Below the pieces are notes generated by a model that saw only the letters and a list, made by a program, of their open reading frames with translations, searched no databases and had not been told where the DNA came from. A stretch of DNA of 64,000 nucleotides from Catajapyx aquilonaris (lineage: Eukaryota), in the NCBI GenBank assembly GCA_000934665.2, contig KZ538528.1:1-64000 (forward strand), in the 5' to 3' direction. The translations under genes were made by a program, and so were the position numbers. Of this stretch, positions 26,901-37,120 are shown one piece after another (positions within the stretch are counted from its first letter, which is position 1; each line of letters begins with the position of its first letter).

Positions 26901-29900
26901 ATCTGCCCAATCACCATTCCCCACCTTAACGGACAATTAAGTGAAATTGTTCGTCACTTTCTACATATTTGGGTCATGGGTATGTAGAACTGAAAATTTA
27001 TGTCGCACCTGATGCTTACAGCATGTTGTGGTGGGTTACTACCTCAACAAATTATCAGACCACTAAAATTGCGTCAACATACGTAATTACAGTCAAACTG
27101 CTGAAAAATTATCCTGCATGTTATAATTGAAGTTCTTGCTTGGAAGGTAACCTTGGCACCGATTATGGGAATAATTATGTTAATCAAGCCTCAGGCGTAT
27201 ATTGCAGTATACTGCAATTTCTCTGGAATATTGTATACCGAGTAGCCTACTTTATAATCAGTCATGCATACTTCAGGGCGAACTCGTGAGTGGCCCAGGA
27301 TCACACATATTGTTACTGAGACAACTGGCGGCTTTAATCAACCATCTTACAAATCGGCCCTAAATGATTCCTTCACATAAAGTGATCTCCCTGGAGGTTC
27401 GTCTGAATCATTATGAAACACCTTGCATGCAGCATACCAAGCACATGGCAACACTGCACTCTTCCTCTCTGGAGGGAAGCTTCATATCAAAATCCACAGC
27501 CCCGTAAGCATCGACTTACATTATGCAGCAACAACAATGGAGCGCAAGGCAAGGCAGACCAGTGGACTTGGGCTGCATCAAAATATCGCAACACAACGCG
27601 CATCACGCACTTCCCCACGATTACAGTACCCCCTCCCCCTACAATTCCGCTCTTTTTTCCCCCTGTGACTTTAATTACATCAGGAGGAAGGAAATGTGCT
27701 GAAATCTTGCCAGACTGGGTGGTAGCACAACCAGGTTCCTATTTTGTAGGCCCGGAAATGAACAAGGTTCACCTACTGCCTCCTTTTCCCCACCCCACAC
27801 ACACACTAACTCTGGTTCCCGAACCGCCAATATATTTGCGACTAAATGTGCTTACCCATGCTGTAACAAGTACGATAAACATTAGCAGCCCGGAGCGGCC
27901 GGGTGCGTGTAAAACAAACCCTCATAACAGCGCTCTAGTCTCATTATCTGAAGGACACACATGGGTACAACTAGCCAACCAGAGTCTGGCCGACCTGGGT
28001 TTACACGGGGACGAAACCTTGCCATCCTGGTCCGATCTTGGTCAAAATTACACGCAGAATATATTTCTACCACATTTAAAAAGCTCACTTACAAAGAAAA
28101 TGAGACATTTGGAAGCATCGATGATTGAATCATTAACCCAAAATAAATCAACTCCGCTAAATAATGACCTGCGTAAATCTGCTTGGAGATAACATATTCA
28201 CAACTATGTACACTGAACTTGTTGCTTTTTCGCGCTACTAAAATTCTAATAGGTCCGACGTGACGTGCGGCATCGTTGCATTTCCCCTAATTTGGCAAAC
28301 TAAAACGCGACAGTAACTCGCTTTTGTCCCGGAATTATTAGGTTAACATAATACCGGGTAGAGAAACGCACCTAGTGAATAAGTCAGGAGGTGTCGACTT
28401 TCTGGCGGTTTCGTCCTCTTTGCTCCCTTTTTTTTCTTCTCTTGTCACTTTTTTTTAGCTATCAGAGGTGCGAAATTTTGGGCGAAAATGTCGCAGTGCG
28501 GTACAGGTCCGTTATATACCTTGTCAAAACAACACAAGCGGGCCAATGAGGGTGTCGAAAAGCATCAGCGCGTTTTGCCAGCTTTTGAAACATAAACAGT
28601 GAGGATAATGAGCATCAACAGCCGCTCAACTCGCGCAGTTCCGGCATATAAGTTAGGTGGAGGATATTATAGAGAGAGGAGAGAGAGAAAGGTCTGTTAT
28701 AGAGAATATAAGAGCAGCAGCTGCACCTCCCCTCTCCTCCACCTCCTTTCGATGGCTCTTTCGCGGCTAATCTCTCTCGCCCCCCGTACCTTAATCAAGG
28801 GGTTTAATAAGCTCGAAATATGCTAATCATTTTACCGCGCCCAGAAGGAAGCGTCCCGGAACTTCCCCTTCCCCTGGAAAAGGATGTACTCAGGAGCTGA
28901 CAATGTTAGGCCAGGTAGCAGAGACCCTGCATTATGGCTTCCTTCTCCAGTATCAAGATGGCGACACGTTCAATTGAGGAGTCAGCGTGATTGGCTGCCA
29001 TCGCGCATGCGCATACTGGTAGATCCGGATGTGTACGCATGCGCCCCATGTTGCAGGTGTTACCCTCCAGAAATAATTGTTTAAAAAAGTATGTCGACTT
29101 CATAACGAGTTGTATGTCAGAAGCGCGTAAATTCCCGGCAGTAATTCTTCGGTGTGTTGCAGTGCTCGCAATATTGTCAAGTGCGCTCGTTCCGGCGAGT
29201 TCGAGTTTCCGAGGAGCCGTGAATAGGAAGCGGGGCCCTGGGAAGCGATGCGCATGTAATTAATAAAGCAGGGTCTGCCTGCCTGTCGGCCAGAAACCAG
29301 CAGACACTAATAAAGTGGCTCCAACAACACGGTCCGGCTGGATGTAGATTTTCGGGGATGATTTTGAAAGAGCACTTCTTGCAGGGGAGGCTGCTGGACC
29401 CACCAATCAGGGGGCTTGGACGGAAAACAAAAGGACCCCCCCTCCTCCACAAGTAGGGCTTCCAAGCAGTCTACGGGCTTCTTCCAGGCACTTTGATGAA
29501 CACCCAGCCTTGGAATGGAACTTCCACCTCCCGACTAATTAGTCCGCACCTGAGCAGCCCTTGGTAATTCGCTACTGAAGAAATTGCCTTCCTCAATTTC
29601 CAGCAAAATGTGCAAAATTGGGAGTCCTCAACTTTTTGTCGCCTATACTACCTGTCAATGAAAATAGACTGGACAAATCCCCCCTTTTTTCCCGTTGCTT
29701 GGCTGACCCCAAATTACAGAAATTTTCTTGTCGCCCCAAGACAACCAGGCGCCTTTTCTTTCAGAAACCAAAATCCCCTCAACTCGGGTCTCCAGAGACT
29801 GTAGCCCAAGTGATGGCCCTGCCACCTCTTTATTCCGCCGAAAAAAAAATGTAGCTTGTTTTCACTTGTAAAAATTTCCTCCCCACAAAACAGGAAGGAA

Positions 29901-32900
29901 TAACAATAATTTAAAAAAGCATGCTAGAAAATTAAAACCCGGGGAGCTTCCGCAGCTATGTATGGGACAGTTCCCAACCACTTGAACCACACAACAGCTA
30001 CGGGTTACGAGGCCGGGCTGTGACCGGAACATTATTGGGTGCTCATGACCATCCGAGAATGAAATCTGAGCAACTCTCTCGATATAATTTTCGACGACGT
30101 TATTGAGTTGGGTTGTCGGAAAAGAGGGATGATGGAAGAGTAGAAGGGCCTTCCAAAGAGGGAAGAGGGGCAGGTACCATAATATGCGTTTGGAATGCTA
30201 ATGACGGGGGGAGTTCTACCCAAAAAATTCCGAAATACACGTATCCTAGGATACAAAGCGAGCAAGGTTCCTTCTCCGAGAGGGGCTCCATTGGAAAATC
30301 ATTGACGGTAGAAGGAAATTGAATCATATGAGGAAGTGCACCTATAAATATCCCCAGCTTCCTTCCTTTGCCAAAGAGGAAGTCTCTGGGAGCAACCTAT
30401 ACACTACAGGGTGTACTCTACGAACAACTATTGGATTGTTCAAACGAGTAACCCTTTTTTCCGTCACAAACATAGGCGAGGAACGCACGCAGTTTTCTCC
30501 CCAGTATATTTCCCCCCAAATGTGTCTGGCTGCTGTTGCACCATATTTTTCTTGCCCAAATCGATGGGAGAAGGGGACAATATCGCTTTCCGTCAAATCT
30601 TTCAGGCCTGGAATAAGACGGATGGCCCCCTGACTCCAGAAGCGTTGGACTCTGGAGACTTTGGCCAGGGTAGAGGAAGGGAGGGAAGGGGGAGGGTTAT
30701 TCTTTTGTCCCCTTTCTACCCACCCCGGAAGCCATTCTTCGCTACATTTGCGACTATCCTGGGCGATCCTTTCGCGTCACTTTGTGGTAACGGCCCCTCC
30801 ACAAGTTGAATTTATGTGGAAAGGGGAGGATACGAAGCAGCGAATCTATTCGAGCCCCCCCCCCCCAAAAAAAAAGTCCCGAAAAATGCTGACAACCGCA
30901 TTTTCGGCAGACGCAGCAACCAAATGTTCAAAGTGCTGCTGGTAATCAAAGTTTTAGGCAAACAACGGTGGGGGGTATATGCCCACATTAACCGCTGCAA
31001 AACGTTTTCTGAATCGGAAGTGCAAAATTGCGGTTTGAAAAATAAATGAAGAAGCGAAGTGCAGAAATTCACATAGGAATAATTTTAAGAAATGGTCTTA
31101 AAAAAATATCTAGCGAATGTAATTGGCACAGCTGACATGGTAAAATGAAAATAAGCATTTTACATTATGCGTAACTGCTGATCTGTTAAATTAAACAGCG
31201 GTTGCCCTTTTCCCAGCATCCAACGGATTCGCACGTCCTGTAATGAGGGGACGGTTATGTGCAACCTGTATTGTTAAATATATATGAAGGGATAATTATG
31301 ATGAGCCGAATGGAGCGGACAAAATTCCTGGTCAGTGACAAGCACGGCCTGTGCCACTGATCAGGCTGGGTGCGAGCGTCATTATTTTGCCAACTAAATG
31401 GAATCAAAGGTGCGTTAATAAGGCCCGGGCATCAATCTCGCCAGCTCTAATTGGTTTTTTTTTCGGGATTTGAAACTATAAAAGCGGAAAAAAGTTTGTG
31501 ATTTTGCAAATCGCATTGAAGTGCGGGCAAAAATGTGTGTGGGGGGTGGTTTTTGGGCCACCAAAAATGTGCGTTCGTTAACTCTTTTTGGCTTGTTTGG
31601 ATGGTGATTATGGCTGATATGACTATGGAAATGCGGTGATGCGAAATTTCTGCCAATTTTTCCATGCTGAATGACTGCTTCATAAATTATTTCGAGTTGT
31701 TTTTCTAGAAGACAATAGTTTGCACTCTTTCTACATCTCGTCATCTCGAGCCCAATTGACTGTTTCTTATGGAAAGAGTTATTACGAGAAAATTATTTCA
31801 TGCCATTTCGGGGGGAAGAAATATTTGTCTAAATATTTTTCAAGAGTAAAGTTTTTTATTAGCTGACATCGATAGATTTTTAAAAAAAGGATCCACAGGA
31901 AAGTAAAATTCCATTTTCGTTGCGCCGGGAGTCTTCCTTTCGCACGTTTACAGCTAGGCAGATAGAGATCTACCAAACACTTTCTGTCACGAAACGCATC
32001 TGGCACGCGTGGCATTTGCACCCAGGCGGATCAAAGGCCGTCTGCTGGTCGTGCCGCACACGATTCGGTGTCACTCAATCGCTCGCTAGACATCTTGTAT
32101 TCATTGGGAATTTTACATCAGACCAAGCAGATGGGTTCATACGACTGTCTTTGTCTCTGGTCGTTGTTTTAACTACTATAGTTCTTTTTTATAACATTTA
32201 ATTAATGGATCAGCTAGAGCTAAAGTTGGGCAACAGGAAACCCAGCCAACTACTGATGCCTGCGCAATAATTACGGGATGGACGGAGGAGTATGCAACGC
32301 CGCAATTAGTGCCGCGATTTAGGGAGCGTAATTGCAAAAGTCTGAGCCGTTTTCTGGGCAGGAGTCGTGTCGCCTACCCACCTTTCCCCTCCCTGCCTCC
32401 CTCCAAAAAAAGACATGCTCTGTCGGAAGTCTGGAATAAATAATAATTGAGCTGGAGAGCAGCTCACTCCCCCGTAGCATGGTTTCGCCTAAGGACAAAC
32501 CGGAACGGGGGGGGACTCTCTCCCTCTCATCCTCATTAGGACAGTAAGGTTGTCCCCTGGGGGACAACAGCTTCACAGATAGGACTTTGGCCCCTGCCTG
32601 CAAACTACAATCTCCTTCTGTGGTCTAGGCAGCGAATTTGATCCGGCATATGCATGGGATGCTGCGACCAAAAACCGCGGAGATTTCGCGCTAACTCTGC
32701 CCCCTCCATTTTTCTGGTGCAATATGGCGTGCCAATCAGCCCTCCTCTCTCAGCCTAGTGTTGTTGTGGGCCTGGCTCTTTCCGATCGCTGAACACTGCG
32801 AGTTTGCACAAGTCGGTGGTTTTATGCCAATTAAACTCCCCACCACCGGTACCTGTGCTCAGGTGTTGAGTGTGCTTTCAGTTGGGCGGATTTGGAACAC

Positions 32901-33158
32901 TCACCGGGGGGCCTGGAGTCCTTCCAGAGGGACATGGTGGTTTTAGCCTGGTGAACTGCGCCTGGAAATGAGAGAAAAATGGAGTGAGTTTCTGATCCTG
33001 CGAGTCAGGCCACTCTGCGAACAAGAGAGTCGCAAGGTTTGCTCTGAACAGTCAGGATAACCGGTTCCTGATTCTAACGGATATTTCCACAGGCAATCGC
33101 TTCCGATCATAAATAATACGACGAGGAATAATCTTATTTATTGTTTCGTGTCAATCGA

Positions 33159-33614
33159 GGTGAGATTGTGCCAGCGCATTTTTTTTGGACAACCCTACTC
33201 TCTAAAAAAATAAGAGTTAAATTAACTCTTTTTAACCTTGAAAGTGGTCATTACCAAAAATGAGTTATAATAACTCTTTGCTGGAGTTAAAACAACTCTT
33301 TTAGTTCATTTCATCCTCCGAAAGAGTGAATGAATAACTCTTTCGGAGGATGAAATGAACTAAAAGAGTTGTTTTAACTCCAGCGAAAGAGTTATTATAA
33401 CTCATTTTTGGTAATGACCACTTTCAAGGTTAAAAAGAGTTAATTTAACTCTTATTGAGTTTTTTTAACTCTTATTTTTTTAGAGAGTAGAGGCAGAAAG
33501 AGTATTTAGGCATGTTTTTACTACATTTAGGGATGGTCAAGGTTGGAAATGACGAGTAAAAGTCGTGGTAGGGCACACTGTTGTCCAAAAAAAATGCGCT
33601 GGCACAATCTCACC
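33159..33614. repeat. 35-bp perfect inverted repeat pair (33159-33193 and 33580-33614) flanking a fold-back MITE
   Basis: GGTGAGATTGTGCCAGCGCATTTTTTTTGGACAAC and its exact reverse complement. Confidence 0.92.
33198..33487. mobile_element. Young fold-back (palindromic) MITE, 290 bp, TA-flanked
   Basis: TA|CTCTCTAAAAAAATAAGAGTT ... AACTCTTATTTTTTTAGAGAG|TA. Left arm 33198-33327, 9-nt loop, right arm 33337-33487. The arms are identical except for one 1-nt indel and a 20-nt addition in the right arm. Confidence 0.93.
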
Positions 33615-33675
33615 CTACCTGACACAATCTCACCCTACCTGACACAATCTCACCCTACCTGACACAATCTCACCC
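33601..33675. repeat. 20-bp tandem repeat (GACACAATCTCACCCTACCT) x3.75
   Basis: Units start at 33601 (GG variant), 33621, 33641 and 33661 (partial); no spacers between units. Confidence 0.96.
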
Positions 33676-34990
33676 CAATTGACGGCATTAAAAATAAATT
33701 GTCAGCATGAATTTGCGATCAACCTTGTACTTTGACGTGGTTGCCTCTGCCGCTGTCCGACTGCGCATTTCGCAGCCCTTATGTCAAGCCCCGACAATGA
33801 GTAAACAAACATTGCATGGGTTACGAGTGAGGGGTGAGGGGTAGAGGGGGAAAATACAAAAGCTGCGCGGTATTGTTTTTGTCATACGGCTGCGTTTTCA
33901 GTACAATGCACTCAACAGAGCCCGTAATTACAACCGGTTGCTGTCCTAAGGTTTCTCCCTCTCCATGACACGCATGCACCACACTGCCAGCAGGGGGTAT
34001 GGTAATCATCATTTTTAAGCCAACAGCACGCCCGTGTAAACATCCTCTGCTTCCACATATCGACGGACTGGGTGGGATGGGTGGGCAATAAACCGAATGG
34101 GTTACACGGATAGGTGGAAACTGATTGCCTGCAATTTATCTCCCAAGAACAGTGTGCCCGCAATTTTTTGGTTGGGACCACGCAACAAACCGAGTGCTGT
34201 TGGGACTTTGTTTCGACAATGGAGTGGGCCAACGAGTGATTTTTGGGATTGTTTCCCCCCCGGTTCCCCGGAAGCATGCAAAGTGGGTGGTGGGTTTCAT
34301 GTTTGTCACCAGGAACTCATGGTCACACTCTGTCATGTCCACAAACTGTCGGATGCCTGCCAGTGTAATATTGATTGGAAGGGTTGGTTGGAGAGTAAGG
34401 TATGAAGAGGACCCCGCACAGTTGCGCCCGGAACGTAGAAAAGAAGCTCAATTTTTGGGGGGGACCTCACCGCCGGATTTTTTCAGTTAAAGCATTTCTC
34501 TTTCCTCTCAGTTTTTAAGGGGAGAAAAATACAGTTCCCCTAGGTGTCCTGGTAGCCTACAACATTGCCCAAGTGAAACATTATCGGGGAAAAAATTCTC
34601 TGGATTCCATCCCTAGATTCTGCAGATTCCACGAATTTTCCAGTATTCTTCGGATTACACCGGGATTCCTTGCATTTCCCCATATTAGACACTATTTTCA
34701 AGCTGAAGTTGATGAATTTTGTCCACCTCAATATTCTTTACAAAAATTCCAGCATCCAGCATGCTCACCTGCACGACATTATCTGATGCTTCTTGCATTG
34801 CACTGGATGGAGGAGGGTTAGAAAATGGCCGAAATATTAGCAGGCGTGTGGCAGCCAGGCTTCTCATCTTCGGACCGGTTTTCGGAGAGATGACGAAACT
34901 TGGGAGACTCGTGCCCTGAATGCTGCTTTCTTCGACCCTGCATTTTCAGCAGTAACGTCCCGGAAAATCAGATCTGTGGGAAGGATTTTT

Positions 34991-35020
34991 CTTCTTCTTC
35001 TTCTTCTTCTTCTTCTTCTT
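34991..35020. repeat. (CTT)10 microsatellite
   Basis: Read directly from the sequence. Confidence 0.97.
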
Positions 35021-35386
35021 TTTTCGTGGCCATTCCCGATTCCCCCACCTAAATCAACCGGTGAGTACACTTGACCGAGAGTTACACGGGGCGGACACGG
35101 CGTTCAATCTCATCAAGTAAAGGCGAACAGAGAGGCGAGCACCCACTTGGCCAAAAACCACTGTCAGAGAAGGGCGCACAGGGTTGGAAATCAAGTTTGA
35201 AGGAGAAAGTACTCTGCCCCTGTATTTATGTCGCCCGCAGTACACAGCTGCTCATCTCCAATTCACCTAGTTGAAATTGCGCTTCATTTAGACTTATACT
35301 GATATATCCTAACATCGTATTATTATTTTTAAAAAGTTACTCATCCATGAGATGATCTCACTTTTTCAGTGCGGGCTGCTCGATAT

Positions 35387-35617
35387 GGACGGTGTTATGC
35401 AATAATGAGTCAACCCAACAGTTTTGAGAAAAGGGGATTTGAATGTCACACCTGTGAAATTAATTCAGTGTCCTTTTCGGGCATTTATGGCAAAAGTATG
35501 CAGATTTCGCCAGGTTGATTTTTATTGATTGAAGTGCGGTCCTTTGGGTATATGTTCCTGGGCTTAACTCACTTTTCACATTTTTGTGGGTTGACACATT
35601 ATTACATAACACCGTCC
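35387..35617 (+). mobile_element. MITE family A copy 2 (Sola1-like, ATAT target duplication)
   Basis: ATAT|GGACGGTGTTATGCAATAATGAGTCAACCCA ... TGGGTTGACACATTATTACATAACACCGTCC|ATAT; homologous to copies 1 and 3. Confidence 0.9.
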
Positions 35618-36583
35618 ATATATTTTAAAAGCAGCTGCAGATTTTTTTTTGCGTCTACCGATAGTTGATGCGTGATATTCTGTTACAATATTTTGGTTAT
35701 CGGTACGTCATATTTGTGCAATATCCATTTCCTTCAGTACTTGCTGCTTTTATCTCCATGGCAACATTAAGCCAATTGCGCGCCGGTACAGTCTCGCCAC
35801 ATTGTTACCCTCCCGAGTGGAGCGTAACTGTGTGCAGTTGTTTCGCAATTGGTTTTTGAACTGCTGCCTAATTGTTTTCTGGAGTAAAACGCTGCAGCCT
35901 GCCCCCCCGATACAGTACGTACTTCCAACTCTGTCTGGCGCCCCAAATCAATAGACCTCTCTTCGCCCATCCTGCCGCTTCTCAACCCTCCCCTCTCCCT
36001 CTGCCATACCCTCTTCCCCCTCATCCCTCCCCCCTTTTCCAACCACTCTACCACCTAACCACTGCCACAACCACCACCATACCTGCCTGGAGGCTGCAGC
36101 ACAGCTTTCGCTACCTAGACTCCCCCGAATAGTTGTCGCGCGCAGTGTGGCCTGCTCTCTNNNNNNNNNNNNNTACCTCTGAACCTATCCTTACTTACTT
36201 GCCCTCCCACCCCCTCGAGGCATGCTGCTTGCACCGTAACCCCTAAGAGCAGATCGCTTCACTTTGCCTCCTCTCTCCCCCTCCCTCAACATCCCAACGA
36301 CCACCACTTTCCTTTGGCGATAAGAGGGGGGTAAATCTCCAAGAGTGGTCCCAATGCACGCCTCCACTGGGCACGCGCCTTCAACAATGCGGGTGATTCA
36401 CCCAGGGTGAGGGAGGAGGCAGGATAGGAGGATGAACCTGATGGCCTACAATTGCTCCGGAGATAAAATATTGGTCGAAATGCGGTCAGGTGATAGATTG
36501 TGTTGATGATTGAGGCCCAAGAAACTTCTTATTAACTAACAGAGGACCAAATTTTGGCAACACTGCCTGGCCCCGCACTTGGA

Positions 36584-37120
36584 TGTAGTACGATAGGCCA
36601 CTACCAATTGGCGCATATGCTCTCCCTCTGCACACTACTGCCGCTCTCAGGGAGAAAGTAGTACTACATGCACGTTGGTGATGAGTCACCACGAGGACAA
36701 AGCCCTCCAGGGTGCTATACCCAGAGCGTGTCTAGCCTCCATTGAAGTGTGTCCCATCCTCTCTGATCGCCAAATGTCCTTTGATTGTTGAACGGGGAAA
36801 GTGAAAACTATGGTAACTACTACCTAGGCGATGAGTCAACACGGACAATGGAAGGCATACATACCCTTTTTCAGGTAAAAGTCTTGGTAAAAGTGTTACA
36901 AACACGGCCTATCATCCAGCAGCCAATGGCTTTGTAGAAAGATTTAACGGTACACTATGACTGTGATATGCTGTCACTATGTAGACACAAATCGCAAGAA
37001 CTGGGGCAGAGAAATCCCACTTGTTTTAATGGCATTTAGGGGAGCCATTCGAGAAACCATTCTTCTTAAACCATGGGAGTGACATATAAGCAGAATGAGA
37101 GAATAAGTGGATTAGTAGTA
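36584..37120 (+). mobile_element. Dispersed repeat B copy 2 containing a Gypsy integrase remnant
   Basis: Inverted homology to 23692-23977 on both sides of an integrase-coding fragment; boundaries approximate. Confidence 0.75.
36877..37058 (+). pseudogene. Degenerate Ty3/Gypsy integrase catalytic-core (rve) fragment
   Basis: Manual translation gives KSLGKSVTNTAYHPAANGFVERFNGTL* and, after a stop and frame disruptions, (DMLS)..YVDTNRKNWGREIPLVLMAFRGAIRET. This fits the Gypsy integrase pattern TxYHPxxNGxVERxNxTL...W...P...AYR, including the catalytic Glu. Confidence 0.88.

Noticed and set aside
27413..28192. Longest ORF (259 aa, plus strand)
   Set aside because: No recognisable domain or motif and no supporting gene structure; treated as a chance ORF. 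A BLASTP or HMM hit, or RNA-seq support, would overturn this.
31327..31365. Small hairpin CCTGGTCAGTG ... CACTGATCAGG
   Set aside because: Too short for a pre-miRNA, no Helitron CTRR end or other context; such stems are expected by chance.
33601..33675. 20-bp repeats as a possible CRISPR array
   Set aside because: Head-to-tail units with no spacers, no cas genes, eukaryotic context.
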